Virus record (IMG/VR): IMGVR_UViG_3300034071_001657
Reading direction: 5' to 3' (one strand)
DNA from: a virus
Length of the DNA stretch: 64,000 bases
A model generated the notes under the pieces. The model was not told the DNA's origin, ran no database searches, and was given only the letters and a program-made list of their open reading frames with translations. A program made the position numbers and the translations under genes. This document shows positions 29,275-37,732 of this stretch, piece by piece (the stretch's first letter is position 1; each line of letters begins with the position of its first letter).

Positions 29275-29900
29275 GTGTTGTACACCTCAAATTTGCTTAG
29301 ATCAGGATATGGAAGTTCTAAATCTTCATTGTGTTTTTTTGTACCGTCTAAATTATAAAACTGATTCATCAAAAGCAATCCTCTTGTGGCTAATTCTGGC
29401 ATCATGTAAAAGTTCCATCCAAGCATATCAAAATAATCATCATGATAAGAGCACTCTCTGCGACCACTATATCGTGCTCTTTTAAACCATAGATATGCAT
29501 CATGGTTATCTGTGAGAATAGCACCACCCTTCGATAGCTTGAAATGCTTGTATGGTCCGGTGAATGAAATACACATATGAGAACCAGGAATGTACATGTC
29601 GGCAGTGAATCGTAATGCACTGTCCCACACATTTGATGGTGTGAGTTGATATGCACCTTTGATTGTTCTACCTTTTACATGATGAAACTTCACCTTTGCT
29701 CCTGCATGAATAATTTCACAGGGAACGCTAGGGTAAGTTCTGCATGGAATTGTAATCTCTTTGCCTGTCACTTTTTCATATGTCAGTGCCAGAAAGAGTG
29801 CATTGCTTTGATTGTCTACTGTCACAACATACGGTGCACCAGTGTAATCAGAGAGTGCCTTTTCAAAATCTTCTGTTACTTTATAAATTCCATTAGCCAA
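29271..29900 (-). CDS. DegT/DnrJ/EryC1/StrS sugar aminotransferase, short form
   Basis: SNALFLAL, SFTGPYKHF..SKGGAILTD and GWNFYM motifs; TTG start with AGGAGG SD. Confidence 0.85.
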   Translation of the reverse strand: MANGIYKVTEDFEKALSDYTGAPYVVTVDNQSNALFLALTYEKVTGKEITIPCRTYPSVPCEIIHAGAKVKFHHVKGRTIKGAYQLTPSNVWDSALRFTADMYIPGSHMCISFTGPYKHFKLSKGGAILTDNHDAYLWFKRARYSGRRECSYHDDYFDMLGWNFYMMPELATRGLLLMNQFYNLDGTKKHNEDLELPYPDLSKFEVYNT

Positions 29901-29924
29901 GTTTACCTCCTACATAAAATTAAA

Positions 29925-30274
29925 TTGTGGGTTATTCTGTTACGAGGAAACCCACCGAAACCCTAGGCTGTGTTTAAGCAGCCAATGCGAAACGTTCTTC
30001 GTTTGCGTTTACTTTGATTTACTTTTAACGACTCTCTGTGTCGGACCGTCCGTATCTCTATTACTTGCCCTGTCGAAACCAGGTCAGGCCCATCAGAAAA
30101 CTCTCTGCGATACTTGAAATCATGGTAGCCCTTCTTCCTAGCAGGTCCTTGCTTTGGTCGACTTTAGCAAGTTTTTCTGTTTATCTAGTGTAGCTACTCA
30201 AAGAGTTTTCTGGTGGACCTGGGCGGAATCGAACCGCCGTCCAGAACACCTTTCGATCAACATCATACGATCAT
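29925..30274 (-). ncRNA. ssrA: Two-piece (circularly permuted) tmRNA gene; tag ANEERFALAA
   Basis: Acceptor piece ~30274-30211 ends GGCGGTTCGATTCCGCCCAGGTCCACCA; intervening segment 30210-30092; coding piece starts GGGCCTGACCTGGTTTCGAC at 30091 (G3-U70 pair); tag ORF 30006-29974. The 3' end coordinate is approximate. Confidence 0.93.
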
Positions 30275-30280
30275 TTCATT

Positions 30281-30309
30281 AGTATACTATATATCAAAAC
30301 TTTTGTCTA
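30281..30309 (-). promoter_or_regulatory. Sigma70-type promoter for the tmRNA
   Basis: TAGACA-17-TATACT immediately upstream of the acceptor piece. Confidence 0.7.
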
Positions 30310-30603
30310 GATACTACGAGATGTTTGCCCAGATGATACTATGCAACTATAGTCCGCATTTTTTGGTGTTAGTATGACGGTAAAGCTTCCTGTGGCATCG
30401 TTCTTCCACAAGGAAATTGTATTCACGCCGCCTTCTTCCATACCAACAAAAACTAACTTTTCATCATACTCTTTGATTGCATCTAAAACTTTTTTAGCTT
30501 TGTCGCATACGATTCCCATAGGAACAATCACGTAAGTATCTTTTTCTTTTGAGAACGTGATTATAGGAAGCATCAATGCTAGTGAGAGAAAAAATTTTTT
30601 CAT
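30307..30603 (-). CDS. Hypothetical secreted protein
   Basis: MKKFFLSLALMLP signal peptide; two Cys. Confidence 0.7.
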   Translation of the reverse strand: MKKFFLSLALMLPIITFSKEKDTYVIVPMGIVCDKAKKVLDAIKEYDEKLVFVGMEEGGVNTISLWKNDATGSFTVILTPKNADYSCIVSSGQTSRSI

Positions 30604-30604
30604 T

Positions 30605-31270
30605 TTAATGCCCTTTAATAGTGTCGTACAGATTTCTGTATTCAATAAATTTATCGATGTAGGTATTCCGTTTCTTAACAAAGATTTGAGGCTGTGCTTC
30701 ATTCTCTACCGCGATAATTACGACTAATCTCGGTACCGGTATACCTGTTCTTTCTTCAATCATTACTGAATATGCTGAAGCTTGCATAAAATATCCTAAG
30801 ATGTGATCTTCAGATTTCAGTTTGCTTGAACTTTTGAAATCAATGACACTTGGCTTTCCATCAAACTCTGCAAAACAATCTATGCGGCCGGCGACTCTCA
30901 AGTGATCGGAGTACAATGCTGCCTCAATCGCATAGATTCGATTGATGTTTTCATCGATTACAGGTTTTATAGTTTTAAAAAGTTGAATTGTTGTTGGCAT
31001 CTCTCCATCTAAAGTATGATTATTCAAAAGATAATTTTCGCATACTCTGTGAAGATTGTTTCCTCTTCTTGCTGCTTGCGAAGAAATTTTGTTGGCTTGT
31101 TCCTCTCCAACTTTCTTTCTCCATTCTTGTATACTCTTTTCGCTATGCAATCCAACAACTGTGGTTACTGAAGGATACACGTTTCCCTGAGGTGTGACGT
31201 AGTGACGTTTTCCTCCAACAGACACCGTTTCAAGATTCTGAAAGGTGATATCAAGAACGTGTTCGAACAT
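30605..31270 (-). CDS. PD-(D/E)xK exonuclease
   Basis: YPSVTTV, RGNNLH, AGRIDC, IDFKSS and QASAY motifs. Confidence 0.9.
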   Translation of the reverse strand: MFEHVLDITFQNLETVSVGGKRHYVTPQGNVYPSVTTVVGLHSEKSIQEWRKKVGEEQANKISSQAARRGNNLHRVCENYLLNNHTLDGEMPTTIQLFKTIKPVIDENINRIYAIEAALYSDHLRVAGRIDCFAEFDGKPSVIDFKSSSKLKSEDHILGYFMQASAYSVMIEERTGIPVPRLVVIIAVENEAQPQIFVKKRNTYIDKFIEYRNLYDTIKGH

Positions 31271-32064
31271 TACACTCCCGAAATTATCTCTTCAAAATAT
31301 AAAGTTAGAAAAACTTTTCCTTTTCTATCTAGGCCTCCAGCAATGTGATTGATAGGCAAGTCTTTGTACTTTTTTAGAGAGTCTTTTAAATTGATTATAC
31401 TAAAAAATTTTTCGATGTCTGAGAAGTCAAACGAATGCATGAAGAAATTACTGTTCTCAAATTTTAGATCATATGAATTTCGCTTTGTACCATTCTCGAA
31501 CACGCGAAGAAAAAACGATGCATTGTTTTTGCAACTTATTTCATTAATAATTTCTCTAGGAACAAAGCCACAAAAATCAAACATCTTTTTTATTAAATCG
31601 TCTTTGTTTTTGTATCCTATGTCACAATAATTAGTGATCACTAAATCTTTTTCAGTGTCGGAATTTAAATCTTTGTTCCATTTATATGCAACAAAAAGAG
31701 GAACCAACTCTGGATTCTTGTCGTGAATTTTTTTCCACTCATCATATCGATATTTTTTCTCAAAGTAAATTCGATAATTTAGAACGGCACCAGTTTTTTC
31801 TAAACCAAATCCTATTTCGTGAGAATTGTAGTAGAGAGATTCTATACTATGAACGTGTGTGTCTGGAAAAGACATATCACGTAAGATTTCATATACTTTC
31901 TTGAGACCGATCAAATGAGTCTGAAATCCAAACACGACCCGATTGAAATTGATTTGGCCTTCAGATATTTTTACAGAATGCTGTACAACATTATTTTTTA
32001 TCGTGTTTAGTGATAAAAAATTTTTGAGTTCTTCATCATCTAAAGATATCTCAACATTTTTCAT
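31270..32064 (-). CDS. Hypothetical protein
   Basis: 264-aa AT-rich ORF inserted between phoH and the exonuclease. Confidence 0.65.
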   Translation of the reverse strand: MKNVEISLDDEELKNFLSLNTIKNNVVQHSVKISEGQINFNRVVFGFQTHLIGLKKVYEILRDMSFPDTHVHSIESLYYNSHEIGFGLEKTGAVLNYRIYFEKKYRYDEWKKIHDKNPELVPLFVAYKWNKDLNSDTEKDLVITNYCDIGYKNKDDLIKKMFDFCGFVPREIINEISCKNNASFFLRVFENGTKRNSYDLKFENSNFFMHSFDFSDIEKFFSIINLKDSLKKYKDLPINHIAGGLDRKGKVFLTLYFEEIISGV

Positions 32065-32818
32065 TTAAGTCCTCATGTTGCATCTTAGCCACAATGTAGT
32101 CTTTAACCAAAGATGACCTAACGATATCGTCAACGACAAATTCTATTCGAGTAAATGCTTTCATATGATATGCAATGTCAAAAAACTTTAGAATGCCTGA
32201 TTTGTCATTGTTCTTTCTCAAATCAGTTTGTCTATAGTCACCACACCAAATAATCTTCGAACGATGTCCTACGCGAGTCATCACGGTATCGATTTCTTCA
32301 AAATTCATGTTTTGCATTTCATCAACAATGATGATTGCATCATCGAAACTCATACCGCGAATAAATGACGTAGAAATAAATTGTACATGGCCTTGCTCTT
32401 CGAGTCTATCCCATGCATCTTTTCTACCAAACAAATTTTCACATATTTGTCTATAAGGCTGCTGATAGATTTCCATCTTCTCAGAAACGTCACCTGGAAG
32501 ATGTCCGATTTCTCTAGACTGCACTGCCGATCTTACAATGATGATTTTATTGAATGGGTTTGATTTGTCCAATACTTCTTCTAATGATTTATAGAGTGCT
32601 ATGAAGGTTTTGCCTGTACCTGCCACACCGTGCAATGCTATAAAGTAGTCGCCTCTTTTGTATGCGTCAAAAAATTTTTGTTGATTTTCTGTAAGAGAGG
32701 AGAATGTTTTTAGATGATTTAGCGTTATCTTGAGTGTATTGTTGGATTGCCTTTTTGTCTCCGATTCAATGTGTAATGAATTTGCGTTATCGATCAACTT
32801 CAGTGCTTTTCTACCCAT
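32051..32818 (-). CDS. phoH: PhoH-family ATPase
   Basis: GVAGTGKT, IGHLPG, FIRGMSF, IVDEMQN and GDYRQTDL motifs. Confidence 0.96.
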   Translation of the reverse strand: MGRKALKLIDNANSLHIESETKRQSNNTLKITLNHLKTFSSLTENQQKFFDAYKRGDYFIALHGVAGTGKTFIALYKSLEEVLDKSNPFNKIIIVRSAVQSREIGHLPGDVSEKMEIYQQPYRQICENLFGRKDAWDRLEEQGHVQFISTSFIRGMSFDDAIIIVDEMQNMNFEEIDTVMTRVGHRSKIIWCGDYRQTDLRKNNDKSGILKFFDIAYHMKAFTRIEFVVDDIVRSSLVKDYIVAKMQHEDLNEKC

Positions 32819-32855
32819 AGGTGAACCTCTATTGTTGATTTGAGTTCACCCCTAT

Positions 32856-33092
32856 TCAGAAGGTATTGATGTCTCCTTTCGGATGCGCGGCCTTAGCTTT
32901 TGCAAGAACTTCCCTGAATCCTTGGTCGGGCTTTTTGACTCCCAAACGAATAGGATCTCCTATAATAGGGGCACCAAGAATCACAGACTCATATTGAGGA
33001 TTCTGTTTAAAGAACTCCTCCATCTCACTAATCTTCATACTTTTTTCGAAGACCTCTCCGGTAGTCTTGTCTCTAAAATTGTAGGTGGGCAT
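32856..33092 (-). CDS. FmdB-like small protein, conserved in T4-like phages
   Basis: MPTYNFRDKTTGE...KPDQGFREVL motif. Confidence 0.7.
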   Translation of the reverse strand: MPTYNFRDKTTGEVFEKSMKISEMEEFFKQNPQYESVILGAPIIGDPIRLGVKKPDQGFREVLAKAKAAHPKGDINTF

Positions 33093-33108
33093 AAACGTCC
33101 TTTGTTAG

Positions 33109-33666
33109 TCACACATTACTATGTAGTAAACTTTGATACCATTCCGGAACACTTCGGCGCGTCCACTTGGCAAAAGTATTCTTTGCGCCGGCGTAATATT
33201 GATGATATGAGGTTATCGAATCATTTTTCACTTTGTAGATATCAGGCATTGCCGGCGTAGGTTCACTGAACACACTGTTCGGAATGTTTTTAGGATAAAG
33301 ATACAATGCATTAGCCATACGCTTTTCTACGGCATGAATCTTGCCGTATCGATAGGTGTACTCTTTGCACAAGTAAAACCACATTTGATGAAGCCAGATA
33401 TAATTCTGCTTGCTTTGGCGCACCCATACGGCAGATGGATGATTGATATGAGAAGCCTTCATCATAATGGTTTCGTTTTCTCCTTCTAGACGCCATCGTT
33501 TGATTGATCGTCCATTTGCAGTCTTATCGACATACGGCACACCATCAAGCAAACGGTGTGCCGTAGACATCAGTTGCGCATACTCGATAATCATTTTGAC
33601 CACATGTTTATCGAGGTGCATTTCTGCACACGCGCGAGGATTTTTGTCTAGATAGAAAATGTTCAT
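33109..33666 (-). CDS. Pyrimidine dimer DNA glycosylase/DenV-related protein
   Basis: MNIFYLD...HLDKHVVKMIIEYAQLMSTAH, HINHPSAVWVR and EYTYRYGKIH motifs. Confidence 0.8.
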   Translation of the reverse strand: MNIFYLDKNPRACAEMHLDKHVVKMIIEYAQLMSTAHRLLDGVPYVDKTANGRSIKRWRLEGENETIMMKASHINHPSAVWVRQSKQNYIWLHQMWFYLCKEYTYRYGKIHAVEKRMANALYLYPKNIPNSVFSEPTPAMPDIYKVKNDSITSYHQYYAGAKNTFAKWTRRSVPEWYQSLLHSNV

Positions 33667-33908
33667 TGCAGCATGAATTTCTTAAGATAGGCTTTCAATT
33701 CTAGAGAAACATCTGGATCATTTTGCATATCTTTCAACTGCGACTCTGCTTCGGTCAACAATTCAAACGCATATTCAATATCATCTTGCTCCATTTCAAA
33801 GTACCATTTTCGCAAAGTTTCTGGTGTTGAGGTAAGTAGGAATCGCAAATTTTCCAAGTCTTCCTCGGGCATATCAAGACTCTCGATAGTCAACATAAGC
33901 TTACTCAT
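33663..33908 (-). CDS. Hypothetical acidic protein
   Basis: Start taken at MSKLML; coupled to neighbours. Confidence 0.65.
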   Translation of the reverse strand: MSKLMLTIESLDMPEEDLENLRFLLTSTPETLRKWYFEMEQDDIEYAFELLTEAESQLKDMQNDPDVSLELKAYLKKFMLQ

Positions 33909-33909
33909 T

Positions 33910-34188
33910 TTATGGCCTTTCCAAATCAAAACGAATTTCACGAACAGAATCGATACGAAACGAACGCCATTCAGAAAGTTCAACGTCAAACACTGCTAGA
34001 ACATCTTCACTTGCTGTGCGAACAGTTTCCGTTTTTCGTTCGTATGGAGGAACATCTTTGAGTGTACATAGCATGGTCCTCATCGTACCATCTTTCTTTT
34101 CAAAGATGACAGTGACCTCGGTTTCACGAAGAAGGCCTTTGAGCCATTCTTTCAATTCGCCTCGATCAATTTCACTCAGATTGTTCAT
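33910..34188 (-). CDS. WYL_2 (Sm-like, DUF2693) protein
   Basis: VIFEKKDGTMRTMLCTL...VFDVELSEWRSFRIDSV motif. Confidence 0.8.
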   Translation of the reverse strand: MNNLSEIDRGELKEWLKGLLRETEVTVIFEKKDGTMRTMLCTLKDVPPYERKTETVRTASEDVLAVFDVELSEWRSFRIDSVREIRFDLERP

Positions 34189-34366
34189 TCGAATTTCCTT
34201 TTAACATAAATTTTTTCAAAACTTTTTTTGCTTCTGAGACATCAAGAACAATGAAATCTTCAACTACAACATCAAGCTTTTTTCCAATTTCAAGCGTAAC
34301 ATTAGGAAGATTCGTTATGGTCAACGTATACTGCCACGGGCCTTGATGAAAACTTGGGCGCGTCAT
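34172..34366 (-). CDS. Hypothetical protein
   Basis: Overlaps both neighbours; shares a KKFML tail with the 33663 ORF. Confidence 0.55.
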   Translation of the reverse strand: MTRPSFHQGPWQYTLTITNLPNVTLEIGKKLDVVVEDFIVLDVSEAKKVLKKFMLKGNSNEQSE

Positions 34367-34860
34367 TTGCTGAAAATCTCTTTGAGAATCGGAATTGTTT
34401 CTTTAATGTCTTGGTGAAGAATGCCTATACCACCATGTTCATTGAACCCGTCGATTACATCTGGTGTGTCATCGATGAGAATTGCATTGCCGGCAGCATA
34501 GTTTTTCTTGAGCCGGCGACCAGGAACAATGTTCACTTCCGAAAAACTCATGTTGCTTCGGCGCAGCCAATAGTTTTTCTGTCGCTTCACCTCATCATAA
34601 AATTGAGAGCCGCCACTTGAACTCAAGATTTGAATATCGAGAACACGATCCGACTGCTTGACAAAATCATAAAGTTCATGCGCTCCAGGAAAAAAGTCTA
34701 GAGTTTCGAACTGATTGCTTAGAATAAAATTTTCCCATTTAGAACTGAATCGTTTCACTTGACGAGTTTCGGCAGGAGACTCTCCATAGAGTTCAATCCA
34801 ACGCTTGTCAAAATAAGCGAGGACTCCATCCATATCAAAGTATACAACAAAGTGACTCAT
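34363..34860 (-). CDS. HAD-family 5'(3')-deoxyribonucleotidase-like protein
   Basis: YFDMDGVL, ILSS, K and ILIDD HAD motifs. Confidence 0.85.
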   Translation of the reverse strand: MSHFVVYFDMDGVLAYFDKRWIELYGESPAETRQVKRFSSKWENFILSNQFETLDFFPGAHELYDFVKQSDRVLDIQILSSSGGSQFYDEVKRQKNYWLRRSNMSFSEVNIVPGRRLKKNYAAGNAILIDDTPDVIDGFNEHGGIGILHQDIKETIPILKEIFSK

Positions 34861-35138
34861 TTTGTCAACACCGCAACAACAGGCAAACCTAGGTTGGCTA
34901 GTTGAATAAGAATAGCTTTATATTTCATCGTCATGATTTTAATTTTCTCCATGTCAATCTGCCATCGTAGAAGAAATGTATGCCAGGATACTACGAACAT
35001 CCGATTCAGCAACAGAGGTTTCACTCAGAACATAATGAACCAACGACTCACCCATTAGTCCTCGCCGCCAGCCGCTGAATATTAACTCACTCACTTCTAA
35101 GAAAACTTCTTCACTATATCCAGGCATTTTGAATTCCT

Positions 35139-35612
35139 TTACAAGAGGTTCACATACTCCCGCGCAAAGCTTTGATCTTCGAAAGCCTCAACGTCGGAAT
35201 CGATTTCATCAAGAACATCAACGATACCACTGGCAAGCATCTTTGGGGATGACTCGCTCACGGGATCATTCTCAATGGGATCATTCACAAGTTCAACCAC
35301 AATGGGAGCCACAGCAGCAGCGGCAGCAACTTTCGAGGTTTTTGCTTTCGGAGTTTTAGCAGGTTTCACAACAGGAGCAGCAGGTGAAGCACTAGCAACG
35401 GAACCAGAACCAACCAATTCGTAAGCCACAACAGTACGACCGTCACGAACGGACCTAACAGCAAAAGTAGTATTCTTTTTGATTTCCCAGAGATAGGTTG
35501 AAAGACGCGAAGGAACGATATCGGGAAGAGCCTTGACCGCTTCGACGGTCATAGGACCGCCGGCAGCACGAAGAGCCTCAAGAACTTTGAGATACTGAAG
35601 AGATTTAGCCAT
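35139..35612 (-). CDS. Putative winged-helix DNA-binding protein with Ala/Pro/Lys linker and acidic tail
   Basis: KVLEALRAAGGPMTVEAV...RLSTYLWEIKK...VRSVRDGRTVVAYEL resembles helix-helix-helix-wing. Confidence 0.55.
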   Translation of the reverse strand: MAKSLQYLKVLEALRAAGGPMTVEAVKALPDIVPSRLSTYLWEIKKNTTFAVRSVRDGRTVVAYELVGSGSVASASPAAPVVKPAKTPKAKTSKVAAAAAVAPIVVELVNDPIENDPVSESSPKMLASGIVDVLDEIDSDVEAFEDQSFAREYVNLL

Positions 35613-35656
35613 GATGAAATTTCCTTTCAAAGAATAAAATGAACTACCACAATATT

Positions 35657-35720
35657 ATAGTATCACAACAGGGAATTAATGTCAAATGTTTTTTGAACGA
35701 GTTGTTGCTTTTTTACAACA
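35657..35720 (-). promoter_or_regulatory. Sigma70 promoter with upstream TGTTG-N8-CAACA box
   Basis: TTGACA-17-(TG)TACTAT; box at 35703-35720. Confidence 0.7.
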
Positions 35721-35905
35721 GTAAAAGATGTCGGAATTATCGTATTTCCTTCGGTGTCCATCTCTAAAATCTTGCCGAGGGCAATCCAATCTTCAACGCC
35801 CAGATCATATCCAGTTTCGTTTGCGAGGTATTCGGCCGCGCCTAGAATGGTATCAAAGCTTTGTTGCCGCGAATGATTTAGTGCGAAAGGTCGTGCAATG
35901 TACAT
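35663..35905 (-). CDS. Hypothetical protein
   Basis: ORF with GGAG SD. Confidence 0.65.
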   Translation of the reverse strand: MYIARPFALNHSRQQSFDTILGAAEYLANETGYDLGVEDWIALGKILEMDTEGNTIIPTSFTVVKKQQLVQKTFDINSLL

Positions 35906-36247
35906 AATTAACTCCGCATGCTATTGACACCGGAGATGGCAAGGCCAAATCCAAGGGTTACAAAGACACCTTGCCAAAACAAGTACGAATAGGTTGGATC
36001 GGTAGGCATGTTATCCATACCACCAACAACACCAAACACAAGCAGAATACCAAGAATGAATCGAATCATTTTACTCTCCAATCAAATCATCAGCATCAGG
36101 ACCAAAGAAGCGAGGATTGGCTAGCAATATAACTTCAAGCCACTCCTCATCGATCATATCGCAATACTCATTCGCCCTGGTTTGCGCCGCATCGGCTGAA
36201 ATTAAAGAAAGCATGTAATTAATTAGGGTATCATTCATATCGGCTCC

Positions 36248-36529
36248 TTATTTGTCATCGTCCATTACGTAATTGGACAGAATCCACTTTGCACGATTGA
36301 GCATTTGGCGGACATCCTCGACAATCATCATATCGTAGGAGCCACCGTTATCTGAAGCAAGCATTTCCTGACAGTCACTCATCAGGCTCATGGCGTACAT
36401 GACGGGACCTGAGAATCGAAACGTCAAAGACTCCTCAACAGCAGCCCGCATCTGGGAAACGGTGCAGCCGTACATACGGACTTCCCGCTGAAGATTGGCG
36501 GGCATATCAGCAAATCGATGAGACATCAA
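36248..36529 (-). CDS. Hypothetical early protein
   Basis: Downstream of a strong promoter; AAGGAG SD. Confidence 0.7.
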   Translation of the reverse strand: MMSHRFADMPANLQREVRMYGCTVSQMRAAVEESLTFRFSGPVMYAMSLMSDCQEMLASDNGGSYDMMIVEDVRQMLNRAKWILSNYVMDDDK

Positions 36530-36561
36530 CTACTCCTTACAAAAATCTCAACACAGATATG

Positions 36562-36623
36562 ATTATACACGGTTCGGAAAAGAACGCAAGTTGTATTTTT
36601 GCAACAGTTGTTTTTTCACAACA
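36562..36623 (-). promoter_or_regulatory. Sigma70 promoter with two tandem TGTTG-N8-CAAC boxes
   Basis: TTGCGT-16-TATAAT; boxes at 36589-36606 and 36606-36623. Confidence 0.8.
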
Positions 36624-36867
36624 CACCTAGGCTTTTGCGAATTTCATTTCGCTGTTCCCTGGTGAGAGGGATTTTTCGGGTTTCATAGTCTTCGAAGATC
36701 GAATTCACCCAAGCATTGTATAGGGTCAAATGGTTTTCGGAAAGCTTAACCGCTTGGCGAATTTTTTCCTGAGAGGCTTCACCTCTCGACCAAACTCTGT
36801 GGTCATCACTGTAGGCATAGTACCAATCATGGCGAGCCAGAAGAGTGTCAAATTCCTGAAGATTCAT
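36616..36867 (-). CDS. Hypothetical phage protein (HDWYYAYSDDHRVW family)
   Basis: Motif recurrent in phage early proteins. Confidence 0.7.
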   Translation of the reverse strand: MNLQEFDTLLARHDWYYAYSDDHRVWSRGEASQEKIRQAVKLSENHLTLYNAWVNSIFEDYETRKIPLTREQRNEIRKSLGVL

Positions 36868-36877
36868 TTTCGTTTCC

Positions 36878-37192
36878 TTAAAACGTGTTTAGACTTGGCG
36901 CGAGTTCGGCAATCAATTCACGCTCTCGCGCGTGGGCAGGCTTGCGACCGCGAATCACTTCCAGGACCTGATAGGTCCATGAGCAATCCGCTAGGGCGCG
37001 CAATGCGCGGCAGAAGTTCCAATTTTTGTTTTCGCATTTGGCGCGACTCACGTGCTTTTGCCAGCGAACTTTTACGCTACGCACGTAGGCATGGCCTTGC
37101 GCAACAGTGATACCGATATATTCATCACCAGTGTCCACGCAGGTAACCTTGTAGACAACGTGATTTCGGTCGCAACGGCGTTTTTTCATCAT
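36878..37192 (-). CDS. Standalone GIY-YIG nuclease domain protein
   Basis: VVYKVTC..TGDEYIGIT, RWQKH and ERELI..L.PSLN motifs. Confidence 0.85.
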   Translation of the reverse strand: MMKKRRCDRNHVVYKVTCVDTGDEYIGITVAQGHAYVRSVKVRWQKHVSRAKCENKNWNFCRALRALADCSWTYQVLEVIRGRKPAHARERELIAELAPSLNTF

Positions 37193-37198
37193 GTAAAC

Positions 37199-37259
37199 AT
37201 GATACCATAGTCGGAAAAAATGTCAAGAACTTTTTTTGACTTGTTGTTTTCATGCAACA
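37199..37259 (-). promoter_or_regulatory. Sigma70 promoter with TGTTG-N8-CAACA box (leaderless transcript likely)
   Basis: TTGACA-16-TATCAT with ATG 7 nt downstream; box at 37242-37259. Confidence 0.75.
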
Positions 37260-37275
37260 AAGAAAAACGCGGTTT

Positions 37276-37333
37276 TGGGCGGCTTTTTTGGCGTGGTTAA
37301 TGCTAGCGTATCAGCCAACGCCCAAAGCCGCCC
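37276..37333. other. Long GC-rich imperfect hairpin in non-coding DNA
   Basis: GGGCGGCTTT...GGCGT-GGTTAATGC pairs with GTATCAGCC-AACGCC-C-AAAGCCGCCC. Confidence 0.7.
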
Positions 37334-37414
37334 TAATCGACGGATGGGAAGCTTATCGGCTATCGTCGCCCTGTACACTAGACAGATAAACGGTTTCAGA
37401 AGCATATTTTCGGC

Positions 37415-37440
37415 TATGTTAGTTAGTGCTTACTAACATA
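37415..37440. promoter_or_regulatory. Palindrome resembling a SlmA-binding sequence
   Basis: TAT-GTTA-GTTAGTGCTTAC-TAAC-ATA compared with the SBS core GTgAGtaCTcAC. Confidence 0.45.
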
Positions 37441-37732
37441 CGAATTTGCTGACCAGAAACCGCTTGGCTTCGAAAACGCTTCGGCATAGATTTTTTCTAT
37501 TGGTTCCAGAGTCTCGATAGACAATCTCAATTTTACTAGGGGAATGAACCAGAATCGTTCCGAACAAATCCTTGGATCGCCCGAAAGGTAGGCTGTAGCA
37601 ATCACCCTTTTCGGTCTTAAGTTTTCGATGACGGCCAGCGTCCTTGATACGATACAAGTCTCCGAAGAAAATTGTATCGTTTAGTTCGTGGACGATTGAC
37701 CTGCGCGGACCCATGCCCTCATGATAGAACAT
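37433..37732 (-). CDS. Hypothetical basic protein
   Basis: AAGGAG SD upstream. Confidence 0.65.
   Translation of the reverse strand: MFYHEGMGPRRSIVHELNDTIFFGDLYRIKDAGRHRKLKTEKGDCYSLPFGRSKDLFGTILVHSPSKIEIVYRDSGTNRKNLCRSVFEAKRFLVSKFVC

Noticed and set aside
36878-37192. GIY-YIG as a homing endonuclease or intron marker
   Set aside because: No DNA-binding extension, no interrupted host gene, and it has its own promoter
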